Below, in pieces: positions 23,810 to 37,748 of a DNA stretch of 64,000 nt. This DNA is from Trichosphaerium sp. ATCC 40318 (taxonomy: Eukaryota > Protista > Tubulinea). A model generated the notes under the pieces. The model was not told where the DNA came from, searched no databases, and saw only the letters and a list, made by a program, of their open reading frames with translations. Both the position numbers and the translations under genes were made by a program. How positions within the stretch are numbered: position 1 is the stretch's first letter; every line of letters begins with the position of its first letter. The stretch lies in contig JALMLS010000466.1 of assembly GCA_038496445.1 (NCBI GenBank), positions 124,001 through 188,000 of the forward strand. The letters are read 5' to 3'.

Positions 23810-26185
23810 TTAGTTTACACAATCTAGTCCTGTCTGACAAATGGGCGTTGGCTTATGTTTACACCATAAAATAAAGTTTTGCCTAAAAGGATAGTCAAAA
23901 GGGTGTTCAAGCCACATTAAAAACTAGTTTTTTTTCACCTTTCACCACTTTGTAGTTTTTTAGCACCATGAACATGTTTCCCAAGATGAACAATAGCCTT
24001 TCCAGGCTGAGGGTTCCTATTATAAGATATTAACTACCAATTTTATCGTTTATTCATCTACCATTCGAAGTATTCTGTCTGTTCAGAGGGTGTTCCTTTC
24101 ACGCCCTTGAAATATACTTGTGCACCTTTTTTATATACAAGTCAGTAAAAGAAGACAAGAGTGCTACTGAACCTGTAAAGCTATGGCCAAGGCAAACGTT
24201 TAATGTGACAGCACTATTATCTGAGTAATACATGCGTTAGTATAAGGGATTGTCATATACGGGGTTGTAGATACCGGTATGTTCAGCTAAGTCTAAATCT
24301 TCACCAAGTTTATACTTTACAATAAACGCATGATGTTTGTTAAGCCAATCAGATGAATTTGTACAACTTTTAGGTATATACGGAGCGAATAGACTCTGTG
24401 CTATTGGACATATGTATTTTTGAAGCAATTTTGCTATCATTGGCTCGAAACCTATATGATCTAAAATCACACCTAATTCCAAGTCAACAAAAAAAATAAC
24501 AACAATGTTACTTTTACCATAATTGTTCATTGAGTTAGGTCTTTGGACATCAGTTATTTGCTCTTCAAAATTTGCAGCTATGCCCGTATTAGAAATAAAG
24601 AAAGACCAAAATAAACCAAAAGCACCTTCTTCAATAAGCTTCCTAGAAAAACATGTGAACAACCATTAAACCAAATGACCGTCGTACTTGCAAAATTCCA
24701 TTGTGAATAACTCAAACTCGTATACTCCAGGATGTAATTGATTCATGTATTTTAGTATATCATCATGCCCTTGAACATAAAATTAAGTAGGTGGGTGGTA
24801 GTGATTTTTTGAAAAGAAGAAAAGAAGAAAATCCATACCACTTTTAATTGCTTTCAGAAATTCAGGTGATAGAAATTCTTCTTTCAACAAGAAGATATCC
24901 GGATGAAGTGGAATATAACGTTGTAACATCCTTCTCTTCTTCGCCGCTTGTTTTTCTTCTGCTGCCTTTTTTTCAAGCAAGTGAGAAAAAAAAAAGAAAA
25001 AAGAGAACAAAACAAAAAACTATTCGTCACACCAGTTTTACTCTCGTAGCTCTTCTTGCGTTCGTTTCTAGTTTCACAAAGCGTGTTAAATCCTACAACC
25101 AAATACTTATAATAGTATACCCTTGCGTATTTGTTGGCGTGTTTTAATATCCATCTGAAGAAATCAGCCAGTTAAAAAATGCAGGTCAAAAACAAAGAAA
25201 AAAAAACATACAGCTTCAGCGTTTGGATCAAAGATTTTAGCAGTTTCTAAATGGTTGTGACGTATAGCCAAATCAAGTGGAGTAGTTCCATCATAATCTT
25301 TCTGTGTTGGGTTTGCACCAGCTGCCAGTAATGCCTCAACAACTTCAGACTCTCCTCTCTCTGCTGCAAAGTGCAACTAGGAAAACATAAGTTTACTAGT
25401 ACTAAATCCAACCACGTACTGGTGTTTTACCACCCGCTGTATAAATTCTATAAAATCAAATCGTCAAACTAAGACCGTTTTTGATACTAGTGCTTACGGT
25501 ATCTTCCTATCAAAATAAATGACATCATCATCAGCCTACAGAATAAATAAATCAAAACGAAGCATGTCATCAAGGTGTTAACGCACCACAATAGTTAAAC
25601 TAGCGTCATGTTGAAGAAGTAAATTCTAGAGATAGTAAAAAAAACGTGATAAAAACACGTGGTATGAAGACGTACTACAACGTCTAGGAATCCATCATTA
25701 GCCGCATAGTGAAGTGGTGTAAGCCTAAGACAATAAACTTGGTTGTCATATCTATTGATGAAGAGTACCCATCCTTGTCAATGATATTGACTTGGGAGAT
25801 TAAGTGTTAGGAAATTATATGAAATTAAACTGTTTGTTGGTGTTGTTAGGTACCTTGTGCTTTGTGTTGTAATAATACAGTCGCTGCTTCGCAGTTGCCA
25901 AAGAGTCCAGCCAGATGTAGCAACGTAAAACCTAAAATAGGCTTAAGTTTGTTACAAGCAATAAAAATACGCTGTAGCGCTACTCCATGCGTAATAACTT
26001 TATTTTACGCAATATACGAGGCAAATATCCGGATTTAACTAAACAAAACCGTATGTACCTTTGTCGTTCTTAAAATCAGGGCTACCGCCTCTGTTTAGAA
26101 ATTCTTTGAGCTCTTCTACGTTTTGGCTTGATATTGCTTTAAATGGATCTATACGTTCCTCCTCTACAGAAAATTGCTCCGCCAT
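23810..26185 (-). CDS. Ankyrin-repeat plus OGFOD2-like 2OG-Fe(II) oxygenase fusion
   Basis: Ankyrin repeats (GFTLLHLA, GLTPLHYAA, GTTPLDLA) spliced in frame to YIPLHP, RPNSMNNYG, HHAFIVKYKLGEDLDLAEHTD, VTLNVCLG, HVHGA..SGERQNL. Confidence 0.85.
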
Positions 26186-26439
26186 GTTGTATTCGTGTTT
26201 TGCAGCGTTAAAAAAAGAGTCTTTGTCCGTTCACAACTCACTATTCACTTAAACAAACAGCATCGTATGACAGTGGTCATACTAGTCTTGGTTACGTTAA
26301 GTCAATGGAATGGTAAATTGGGAGCAACGTTGCTACAATTTTAGCATAAGTTGTAGCCACAGGCCAAATCTAGCACAAAATCTTTGATATCAATAAAACA
26401 GCTCAAAAAAAAATCAAAAAATTCATGCATGGCTGCTTA

Positions 26440-26720
26440 CTGACACATTTACTACCAAGGTAAGTACAGAACTTAACAACTACTAATGCTACTTAAAGAG
26501 AACACTAGAAGCATCTTCAATCCGTTTGTACTTACAACATACGGAAGAACTTTGTAATTGTTAGATTGCTACCGCCTGAGCGACTATTTCAAGTTCACTG
26601 TATGTAGCTTTATTACAATCTGAAGAGCATATGAATCAACTAGAATGCCGTTCACAGTACATCATGTGGCAGGTTGTAAATTTCGTTGTCTTTGACAGAA
26701 AAGTAGTGTTGTAGGTTGCA
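26440..26720 (+). mobile_element. Possible piggyBac-like relic
   Basis: VQNLTT, NPFVLTTYGRT..LD and IMWQVVNF in expected order, with stops and frameshifts. Confidence 0.25.
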
Positions 26721-26776
26721 CGTGAAAGCAAATGAAATAAGACTTGATGAGAAGGGTGAGTTGAGGGTTTATTCGT

Positions 26777-28081
26777 CTAACAAATGGTGTCCGGTAACCA
26801 AGAACAAATTGAAGTTCTTATAGCAGCAGTGATTTTTATGGCACGGTTAACTTTTGTGTGCCTTGTACAGATACCCAAAAAATGCCGAGTACATATCTAT
26901 AAAAATAGTCAGCACAAAAATCTTAAACACATATCTAGACGTACGGTAATACCACCTTGGTGAATACCCCTGGTAATTCGATTGAACTCATACCATGGTC
27001 CACCTGAGTTACCCTTTAAAAAGAATTATTAGAGGAATCAAAAAAAGTAAACTTAAGTACCGGTTCAGTATCCATGTCTTCAGTGTATAGATAGTCATTA
27101 GCTGTGTGAGAAGAAAATGTGCCAAGGGAAAGCCACATTTCTTGATTTTTACTTTGTGGATAACCACGAGTTGCTAAATTATCTCCTCCATAATTGCCAG
27201 AAGCCTCTCCGAACAAAGACCAACCAAGGTCTACACTACAGTCAATAGAAATCTCTCGCTAGCTTACAAGCGTACTAAAGTCTCTGTTCACCCTAACAAC
27301 ACACCAATCACTTGCCTCATCCCCGTTGTTTCTGTAAGGAGGCGGTACCCATGATGAAGCAACATCGAACCTCCCTAAGGGATTGTTGTTAACACCATTC
27401 TTGGCAGGGAATATGCCATCTAGATAAAAGTTCAGTTTCCCAGTCTAGAACATAACAATACACACGTAAGTTAATGTAGTTTCCATTAGCGCCTTCGTGA
27501 CAACAATGAGCTGCTGTAATGACTTGCCTAGGACCAACAATTTGTCCAGAACACCCATTGCCAGTCTATATAAACTGTTAAAGTAATGTAACGACCCTTA
27601 GTTATTGCGTACCCTCACAATATGTCTGTTAAAAACTTCGCTGGTTGTTGGATTTACACGTGATCTACCTTGTCCAGTCAAAATTTGGCGCTTGGTATCA
27701 TCTTCCGTAAACTCGGAACTTTGAGGTCCACGTGAGACTTTTGGACCTGTCTCCATTACTCTTTTAAACTCATCTGGATCGATAGATACTTCATAAACAA
27801 GGCCTTCAGCTGTAGCGACTATGAAGCTGGAATAATCTTTTATGCTAGACTTCGATGACGTCTGAAAAGGAGATTAAGAGATAACAACAATAATTACACC
27901 GACGTACAAGACTTTGAAGGGTTGGTATTTTGAGTACACCATCAAATTTAGTTGTACCAATGAGCGTTACATTAACATTACGAAAAACAGGGTCAGTGCC
28001 AACTAGATTTTCGATTGTGCGTCTACTAACTGAGCAAAAGGCTACTACAAGCAAGAGAGCAAGTACGAAAAGGTGCTTCAT
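26777..28081 (-). CDS. Secreted trypsin-like (S1, V8/glutamyl endopeptidase-type) serine protease
   Basis: Signal peptide; CSGQIVGPRQVITAAHC; DLG; GYPQSK; DTEPGNSGGP. Confidence 0.85.
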
Positions 28082-28299
28082 CTGTTTGAGTCTTGTTATT
28101 TACACTTATGACAAAAAGAAAATCACGTGAATCACTTCCCTTTTTATCCTAATTGGGTACCCAGTTTAAAACTTGTACACACAAGATTCTGGTGTACTAA
28201 AGTTAGTCCAACCAAGAGAAATGCACTCCAGGCATTAATATACTACTATTAGCGTTTTATCCTGGAAACTCACAATAAAAGCTTGGTATTTTTATTTTT

Positions 28300-28680
28300 C
28301 CTCTTTTTCTGCGAGTTATTTTTTGTACACTTGTGACAATTGTTTTTTTCCTTTTACCGACTATGGTGTTTACACATAACTTTCCAGGCTTTTTGGAAAA
28401 GAAATACTGCGAGTTGGTATTATTCAGCAATGGCTCGTGTTCAACACAAGCAGAATGTATAGCCATAAAACAATATACTAAAAACAACATTGTTTTGGTT
28501 TATTGTATGTATAACTCTTCGTGGTACACACAAAACGTGATTTGTACCATTTGATATCTAGGAGCATTTAAGCATAACCATGAGCTTGGTATAAAAATAA
28601 TGTATTCATTCATGCAGTGTATCTTTCGTATCGCCAGGGTTAGGAAAGGGTGTGTACTTTTATGTTTACGATCACTTCTC
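28300..28680 (+). mobile_element. Putative piggyBac-like 3' relic
   Basis: TCDN, EILRVGIIQQWLVF, then VICTI*..KIMYSFMQC..VLLC. Confidence 0.3.
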
Positions 28681-29224
28681 ATACCGTTGTCAATTGCTCT
28701 CCAAACGTCACTCACCTCTACTTTTGAATTGTAAAGCGTTTCCAATAGTAAGGCTGTATTTAGCAGTGAAGGTCGTTCTTCCGCTTTATGCGTATTAATT
28801 TCTTGACGGAAAAACATTCTCGAAAGTAAAAAACAATCATGTGAAAAAAAGAATAAAACAAAAGAAAAAAGTGTAACATTTGTAATATATTTGCCTATTT
28901 GTTCTTTCAAGGTACTTTATTAGTTCTTCAAAAACTAAAGTTGGCACACTTGGGAGTATTTAGGATTCTACGGAGAATTTAATAACAACAAAAAACTTGT
29001 ATGAAACGACATGATACAGCAGATTTACGATTCACATATGATGGAAAATGTAAGACTTTCGAGGCAGTGAATGTTTTACGTTTCGTGTTGAAGAAACAGA
29101 TGCACTTGGTTGTACATTAGTCGCATCTGGTAGTATTAAGGGACATGGTCCTATAGTGCGTGTTGGGTCTCTGCTGGAAAGCTCTCAAGAGGTTCTTTCT
29201 TTTATTGTATTTGCTTGTTCACAG

Positions 29225-30423
29225 TCACGTCTTATGACGCTTATCTTTATCCTTATGCCTCTTTTGTTTCCTTTCTTTCTTCTTAGCTCTCTTCTCCTCT
29301 CTTCGCAGTTCACGCTTTTTTTCTTTTGCACGCTCTTTCTCCCTCTTACGTCTTTGTTTATCTTCATAAGCACGCTCTGTTTCCTTGCTTATACTAACCA
29401 TACCATACTTGTTACCTGCACCCTTTTCATTGTAACACTCCGATGCCAAATGTCCAGTACCGCCACATCTAATGAAACCAATCAAAAGTTTTTTCAATAA
29501 ATGATCATTTCAAAAAAAGGCAAGCAAAACATCGTCTTGATAATGAAACGTTTGTAGGATAAATAGCCCATAGACATACCTTTTACAGTTGTTATTACGA
29601 TGATAATCTTCTTGAGCCTTTTCGTGTTCGTAATACTCAGGAGTAGGCTTTTTTCTTGTATCTTCAATCATCAGGTTTACTGTAGCAAAAAAAACAATGT
29701 GTTAGCTGTCAAGTCACTGGTTTTTTTTTCTGTTTATAACATTAAAACATACCATTATTAGCGTCTTGATCTGCTCCTGTGCGTTGATTAACATACTTCA
29801 TAGACAAGCTCATTTTTGTATTATCCTAAGACGTCAAGTTAACTTACGTTGACACTCATGTATAGTTTAATGGCATTGCGTTAGAGTACGTACATCTGAT
29901 AGTTTAATGACCTTTACGTAAACTTTTTCTCCTACTTGTACAATAGATGCAAGCTCATCAGACTCAATACGTGTGTTAGACACCTGGGATATATGAACAA
30001 GACCTAATGACAATCAGATAAAGTGTCAACATGAAAACAACAGGTTTTTGAACAAAATAGCGTACCATGGCGTTGGTAGCCTGGTAACTTGGCGAAAAAT
30101 CCATAAGCCTGAATGGAAACTACCTAAAAAACGGTTTAGCAACAATAATTGAGATCTTTACGTATAATCACCTCTGCATGATGTATTGAATGCATCTGTG
30201 GCATTTCTGTATCTGCATCCCTCTCATACCTCTTACAATAAGCAAAACGCGACTTTAATTAATTTCAACGTACCGAATCGCGTCGTGGTGGGGATCTACG
30301 ATAATCAGGGCGACTAGGAGGTGAACGCGAGCGCGAGTTATTTCTACGCCTCTTTCTATAGTCTCTAGAGTCTGAGCGACTGCGTGATCTACTTCTAGAC
30401 CGTTTCCTCTTCCTGTAGCTCAT
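29225..30423 (-). CDS. ZCCHC17: S1-domain plus CCHC knuckle nucleolar protein (pNO40/PS1D) with N-terminal RS tract
   Basis: YGFFAKLPG..GLVHISQVS; SLSMKYVNQRTGADQDANN; CKRCGGTGHLASEC; Lys-rich tail. Confidence 0.85.
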
Positions 30424-30539
30424 TTGTAACGAACTGAAACTGCTTTGCTAAGTCAAGTCAACACAAAATGCCGTGAAGTTTTTGTGCTTCAGGAATTCAT
30501 TCTACAATCAACCCAGGCGCCTTTAGGCTCTAATTAAAA

Positions 30540-30790
30540 CAGCAATATGTTCTATTATTTTGGTTATTGCACGTGTACAAAAAAAAGAGTTTAATCACGT
30601 GACACAAACTGGGTGTGGAGTTGGCTTATCAAATGAAGTTTAAATAACAGTTATTGTATTACGCTCTGTAAGAAAAAAGCTTGTTAAAGGTTTAATCCGT
30701 AATTGACTATGTAGCGTCAGCTTACAGCAAAACAATTACTGTTGCACCTTCGAACAGTACATGTGATCATTCAATCAGCACAAGAACATA
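30540..30790 (+). mobile_element. Putative piggyBac-like 3' relic related to the 61-62 kb copy
   Basis: ELAYQM (TGGCTTATCAAATG at 30622-30635 versus TGGCCTATCAAATG in the 61.4 kb copy), then CSV and TCDH. Confidence 0.4.
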
Positions 30791-30911
30791 AGAATCATGC
30801 CAATAGGACACGGTCACTTTGAATTACACAAAAAGTCTCTACTTCAATACACTCATCGATTATTTAACGCCCAAAAAGTGATATCCTTATTTATTTCCAC
30901 ATTTGTTTTAT

Positions 30912-31422
30912 TTAGGATAGCATGGATGAAAGACAAATTGACATGCCTATGCATTCTAATAGCGCCCAATACCTTCCAAAAGATACCAACGGTTTCCTGT
31001 CCTCTGGGACTTTTTGTGCTAGTAGGGTTGTAAGATGAAAAAATTCATTTCTTTTTTTGGTTTTTTTGAAAGTGCTCGTACCAAATCCAGCAATGTAGCT
31101 CGTTGTAATATAAAATATATCTCCAATACCAAGCATTGTAGCTAAGGCAATATCTAGAGGCCCACTTGCACGAGGCTGAGCTATTACTTTAGTAAACTCA
31201 AGCACAGATAATGCACCAACGAGATAACCGTGTCCCTAGTACGTAAACGTAAACATGAACCCGTTTTGTAAGAGTTATGCTACAATTACATCCAAAACGT
31301 ACTTGGAGGTCAGTGAGCCACCATACATTAGATTTTGGGCATGGAGGAGCAATTATAAGCGAAAGAGCTCCTAGTCCGTTAACAATGGCAGAAGTGAACC
31401 AAATAGCGTCTGTGACTTGCAT
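30912..31422 (-). CDS. Small membrane protein, unknown function
   Basis: Three exons splice in frame; several hydrophobic segments. Confidence 0.6.
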
Positions 31423-31621
31423 TTCAAACAGCTGTAGTAATTGTACTAACAAACACTGAACTCTGAAGAGAATTCACGTGTTTTCTGAAAAAGACTTAAG
31501 AGCTCTGTATTTCGCTTTAGTTACGTGACGTTAAAACAAAGGGCAATACTGATTTCTTTTGGTTTCTGATTAGATAATGACAAGAAGGAAAGAATTTTAT
31601 TTTTTGTTCAGGCCTAAAACG

Positions 31622-34600
31622 CTACATCTTGGTGCCTGCTAAAGCGTGTGTGAATGCTTTTCTAAGAGTAGCAATAATCTCTTCTGGGTCGTCTCCATCC
31701 TCAAAATACCTGTACGATGAGATTAATTTAAACAAAACTTTGAGAACTTTTTTGTACAAAAATGTATTTTTTCATGACATCAAAAGGCAAAAAAAGTCAA
31801 AAAAGAATAATGTCTTGTATACGTACAAATCACGCGAGTGCATTGATGATATCTCTTCAATGCAAGTCATCATTCTGAAAGCATCATCTGTCTCAAAAGC
31901 ACGAGGTGCTAGGAGTTCAGAGTTAAAAAAAAGTTGTCAAAACCAAAAAAAAAAAAAAACTACAACATACCTGCTTTGATTAACGGCAAGCAAACAACAC
32001 GGAAAATAGGAACCCAGAAAATCCTAGGGATACTTTCTGACTCTTTAACCATATACAATAGATTAGTGACAGCCTTAGCTGTGAATTTATAATTCTTTAA
32101 TCTCCTAAAATCAATCCACAGTCAATAAACAAACTCAGAGTTTCAAAAAAAAAAAGGAAAAAATCGCTAATCAAAAAAACAGGCATACCAAGACTCTAAT
32201 ATACCAACATATCTCTTTATAAACATTAGTTCGCTCTCATGCTCTCTTGAAACACGTCCAAACTCATCAACAAGTTTAAGCAATCGCTCTTCTTGCTAGA
32301 AATCATAAATGAATATCCAACCCTTTAAAGAACAACGTACTTCAGCATGTGGTATTTCAACTCTGACTACTTTTCTCAACACACTGTATACGAGTGGAAG
32401 AGGTCCTTCACCCGCAAGTGTGGTCTATAAAAGTGTAAGACAAGTGTGTCAGTTGTTACAACGTGGCTTTCAAACCTACCCAGAGAAGAGCTTGTCCATA
32501 CTGCTTTTTCAAACGTGTTTGAGTGCTAGCACGTCTAAATAAACCATTTATTGTCTTGCGATGCATTTGATATCTCATCATTAATCCCCGAAGTTTTATA
32601 ACTCCCCGTGTTGAGTCGAATTGGCATTGACCTGCAAGCTACAAAAAAAAGAAGTAAATAATCTCGTTTTTGTTGTTGAACATCTTCTCCTCTTTTTTGA
32701 CGTACTAGGTTCATCAGGAATTGTCCTCTCGAAGGACAGTAGTACGCATAACTCGCTGCAATATGTTCAAATCCCTTAATTGTCAATAACCACTCTGTAT
32801 AGTCTTGAATACAAAATTCTCTTTCATCTATGCCAGAAGGTAATTCATACATTCGTAGATCCTTTGTGTGACCCAAAAAGTCTGTCATATGAACATTCAA
32901 CCATTCACTTCTAAGATTAGACATAGAAAGTGTTACCTACATACGAATTTTAGCTTTGAAGATTGAACTATGCCAACAAGACTGACTTTCGTTCAAATCA
33001 AACATTTGAAGTTTTTTCATTCTTTCGTTTGCTAAAACATACCTTCCTAACGTCACGAACAAGAACGTGATATAAAAGTCTGTCAATTTCTTTAATTCCA
33101 CTATACTTAGTTATCAATTCTTTTGACGCTAGAGCTCTAGTTTAAAAGAAAACGATTAGCCAAAGAAAGAAAGAAAGTGCAAAATGAAATCTGAAGAATG
33201 ATCTACCTTCCAACATCGTAAGCTTCAATTTTAGGTTCTTGGTATAGTAATCTAGCTGTTATTATCTTTATCCAATTATTTTTAGAAAATTCCATGATAA
33301 CATCTTGATCACCAGACAATATTTTAAAAACATCGTGAATGAGTGGATATTTTTCGAAATCAGATTGAAAACCATATTGACTTAAAGCATCAGTCACACG
33401 TTTATGCCAAGGAAACCATCTTCTGTAATATGAAGTCATATTATCTTCTGGAGACCAGGCAGGATAATCCGCAACAATTTTCTAAAAAAAGACTTATTTA
33501 AACTGAGCCACGAACAAAGAAAGAAAAAAAGAAGAATAATTTATCTAAAAGAAATATCAAATATTTGTTAGTCATTTTGACACGTACAACCAAACATGTC
33601 AAAATGTTCTTTGGTCTTTCTTCAGAGCTATAAAATGCTTGAGCCGATAATGATAAAAATACAGAGTTTGACTGAATCAATCGCACTGCTAGGCTCATTG
33701 AACCAGCCATAACAAATCTAGAAACATAATTAAATCAAAAATAATCAAAGAAGCAAGAAAAATAATTGAATAGTAAAGTTTTCTGAATAATGCAATTTGA
33801 TCGACATGTCTGCTAGGTTGTAGCGTACGCTATCAGAAGATTCCAATATCTATCATCTATTTCTGGCTGTGGATTTGCCAATATCGATTTTAGAGTAGCT
33901 GTAGCCTCTGGAAAGAAAGAGTCACATTACAAAGGCGCTTTGTCATTTGCACGTGATCGTACCTACTACAGGGAGATGTGTTTGACTCCACTGAAGGAAT
34001 AGTGGCGCAGCTGGCTCATTGGCTCTTAAAAATACAATTTCTAGTAGACCCCAGAACGCAGAGATATTATAAACCAAGCCTAAACAATTATTATTAACAA
34101 AGTATGAAGGTTAAGATTTTGCATTACTTTGCTCTTCTTTGTACTTATCTTCCCATCCTGCGCCTAACCATTTATCCTACATGTGGTTTTGAGCGATTGT
34201 AAGATCTATTAGGCATACTTGGGGTGCACATCCGCTTGACAGGTAATTCGTTATCCTGTACCGAAAATCTTCCATTTCTTTGCGGTACTCGCTACTAACA
34301 ACCAATAGGTCACTTTCTGACAGGCCATTTTGAGATACAGCCACTTGACGTTGCAAAGAAATGAATATACGGTGTGTACCACTAAACGGTGCGTTAAATC
34401 GTAAATAACCGATTTTAGGCGTTACCTTAGAAACTACAGGTGTTAGCGTGTTATTTTTTGTATTTAAATAATGTAAAGACGCGCGAACCTTTCTAAACGC
34501 TACAGATGGCTTAGGGGTTTTCATGACACCTTGAAGCGTCCACAAAGAGTTGTCAGGGCTCCATGAAATCAATGGTCGCTCTGGCTCAGCCAAAACCATT

Positions 34601-34623
34601 TGGACGTCATCATCCTTTTCCAT
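31622..34623 (-). CDS. NUP85: Nucleoporin Nup85 (multi-exon)
   Basis: Long helical protein; FWGLLEIVFL..LFLQW; HMTDFL..REFCIQDY; AASYAYYCP; FETDDAFRMMTCIEEI. Confidence 0.75.
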
Positions 34624-34736
34624 GTCCGCTAAAACAAAAGCTAGCTTCGCTGAGACTACACTTGACAATACTGAGTCTAATCGCTAAAAAAAACTCCACA
34701 TCGAAAGTCAAGTTTTGGTCATAACGATAAATCAAC

Positions 34737-34877
34737 ATGAGACCAAAGGTACAGCCTTGCTTTTTTTTTAATCTATCTCTTTGCGTCATGGACTAACTGG
34801 TTTGCTTGCAGTGGAAGAAAAAACGTATGCGACGTCTGAAGCGTAAAAGACGCAGAATGCGACAACGCGCAAAGTAA
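34737..34877 (+). CDS. RPL41: Ribosomal protein eL41 (25 aa, one intron; missed by ORF track)
   Basis: MRPK|WKKKRMRRLKRKRRRMRQRAK*. Confidence 0.95.
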
Positions 34878-34919
34878 ATAAGAAATTTTCACCCTCTATA
34901 TCCCCGATGCCTTGTACAA

Positions 34920-35403
34920 TTTACGCTGTTGATGGAGGAAATAAATGGGAGTTTCGACTGATCTGTTTTACCTTTCTGTACTTGTTTATACAGCATAACA
35001 TTGAGCCCAGGTTGCCAATCGCCATCATCGTATTACGATTGGCTAAAGCAAAAGTTGTTTTGTGCGCTATCCAACAAAACGCTTACTATCATTTTTTTCT
35101 GCCACTTTCGCTGTTTTGGCGCAATTTTTAGGCGGCTAGCTTCAACATGTATCGTTTTTTCCTCATTTTCACATTGCAAATGTTAAGCTAACAAACGAAA
35201 CACTCGGAGATATATAGCACAAAGCAGTGCAGTGCGTGTCAAGTACATTTCAAGACAAATTTGATTCAAAAAGTTTTAAACGCGGTCAGAGACTGCTTGC
35301 GCGTAGTGAGCGCTAGGAAACGCGCAGCAAAGGTCGTTCAGTGTCAAAAATGGTGCGTGGACAAAAGACTATTGCAGTCAAACTTCATTCTGTGCTGGAA
35401 ATA
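34920..35403 (+). mobile_element. Possible piggyBac-like 3' relic
   Basis: YAVDGGN, IQQNAYY, FRRLA, then KQCSAC..VVQCQKWC..ILCWK*. Confidence 0.3.
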
Positions 35404-35441
35404 ACTGAAACAGTTTTTTTTGCAAACCAACCCACACAAAC

Positions 35442-37742
35442 ATGGCTGAAGCGCAACCAGATCTCCACGACCAAAAATACGATCGTCAGTTACGGTACGT
35501 GCTACTAACTGTTTTTATAAGCGGTTTGGTCTTATATAGCGTAGATTATGGGGCGGACACGGTCAACGTAGCTTGGAACAGAGTAATTGCTTATTAGTTG
35601 GCGCAAATAGTGCCGGCACAGAGACCCTCAAAAATCTGATCTTACCTGGTGACTAAACGTCTTTAAATATCACCTTTCGCTCACTCGCATCTAGGTATGG
35701 GTGGTTTCGCTATCGTAGACGATAAGGTTGTAAGCAACCGCGACCTTGGCAACAATTTTTTCGTTGAACTTAACTCAGTCGGTAAATCAAGAGCTGAAGT
35801 TACCAAAGACCTCCTACATGAGTTAAACCCAGATGTGCGAAGCAGCAAGGCTATTAACATGGTGCGTTTAGAATTTAATTTGTTTTTTTAATTGAACCTT
35901 TTCTTCGCGTGCGTGCCACTACATAGTGCTTGATGGAGTGACTTATATTTGTGTTTTAGTCTGTTGAGGATCTTGTCAAAGACCCTAATAATTTCAATGA
36001 TTACAACGTCGTTGTAGCCACAGAAGTAGCAGAGCCTCATATGATTGCTCTTTCAAAGATTTGCTGGGAGAAAAACATTCCTTTCGTTGCTGTTCGCGTT
36101 TTTGGCTTTATCGGCTACGTGCGTGTGCAACGCCCAGAACACGTCAGTACGTCATCAATCCACCTTTAGTTTCTTTTTGTTGTTGCTTTTTTACTTCTCT
36201 ACTCACTCTCTTTTAAAGTCATTGAGTCCAAACCAGAGTTCCCAGCAGCTGATTTGCGTATCTCTAAACCATTCAAAGAACTCTCAGACTTTTCTGATGG
36301 TTTTGATTTGGCATCACTAAATTCCGCTGAACACTCTCATGTGCCTTACCCTGTACGTTTATGTTTTGCTTTGTGTATTTGAATGAGTGATTGGTGTCTT
36401 ATAATATGTAAGGTTATCTTGTTGAAGGCTAGAGATGCTTGGCTTAAGGCTCATGACGGTAAAGAACCTGCAAACCGTGACGAGAAGAACGCGTTTAAAA
36501 AACAAGTATCTACAATGACACGTTCTGCTGGAGAAGCTAACTTTGGGGAAGCTTACAAAAATTCTCACCACACTTTCGGTTCACTAGCTGTACGTGTTGT
36601 AAACCATATTTTCCTTCAGTTGTTTTCACATTTTTACAAGACATTTTTAATGCTTTTTTTAATTGCCTTGCTGATTGTTTGTTTTTTTTTAAGTTGTCTA
36701 GCAGCGTAAAGGAAATTATGAATGACCCAAAGGCCCAAAATTTGACAAAGGATTCATCAGACTTTTGGGTTTTGGTAAATGCTGTAAAGGCTTTCTTTGA
36801 TAAGGAAGGTGTATTGCCTATTGCTGGTGGTGTACCAGATATGACTGCTGATACACAGAGTTACATCCAACTACAAAACATGTGCGTTAAAACTACGAGA
36901 TTTTGTGTTTGTAACGCCTTGGTCTTGTACTTATTGTTATATTAGCTATGGAGCAAAGTTTGCTGCTGATTTGAAAGCTGTTACAGATTCTGTAAACGCT
37001 TCTCTAAAGGCTATTGGCCGTAAGGAAGGTTCAATTTCTGCAGAGTACTGCAAGCGTTTTGTAAAGCATGCACGTTATTTGCGTCTATTGAGATACACTC
37101 CTCTCCATGAAGAGTACACAGCTGGCGAGAAATTCAACGTCGAAGCTTTGGGTAAGATTGTATTTTTTTTGAATTTATTTTTATTAATCGTCATCTTAGA
37201 TGATGATTACGAGAAAATTGGAGCTCCTTGGTATGTGTGCTTGCGTGCTGCTTACAGGCATCATGCAAAGACAGGTTCATACCCAGGACCTAAGGATCTT
37301 GATGCTCTTGCTAATGAAGTTACTGCTCTTGTTGCTGAGTGCAAGATGAACGAAGATGTTGTTGCACCTAAGCATGTTGAAGAAATGTATGTGCTATGTC
37401 TTTTTGTTCTATTTCTTGTTTCTAAGCTTTTTATTATAGGTGCCGTTATGCTGCTTGCGAATTGCACTCTATTTCATCAATTTTGGGAGGTATTGCATCA
37501 CAAGAGATTATAAAACTCGTTACAGCTCAAGTACGCCCTTGTTCAGCTTTTTTTTTTAAAGACAAGTCACAGTATTAATTATAATGTTAGTGGGTTCCAT
37601 TAAATAATACTTTCGTATTCAATGGTATTACAAGTGGAAGTGCTGTACGTCTTTTTTTTTTTTTTGCTTTTTTGTTGTTTTGTTTTTTGGTTTATTTATT
37701 TTATTGCTTACACTGTTTGCTTTATAGAGCTATACCTTCTGA
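35442..37742 (+). CDS. NAE1: NEDD8-activating enzyme E1 regulatory subunit (APPBP1/Ula1/AXR1)
   Basis: [14 protein letters not shown]; [12 protein letters not shown]; DLGNNFF; [21 protein letters not shown]; [24 protein letters not shown]. Confidence 0.95.
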
Positions 37743-37748
37743 GTATTC

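Noticed and set aside
28257-28910. Two in-frame minus-strand ORFs separated by one TAA (possible read-through gene)
   Set aside because: No recognisable domain; better explained as the antisense shadow of the plus-strand relic, though unresolved
11877-37742. Functional cluster of ubiquitin-system genes (F-box-UEV, PB1-UBA, pseudo-USP, NAE1)
   Set aside because: They are interspersed with unrelated genes and the category is large, so there is no evidence of real clustering
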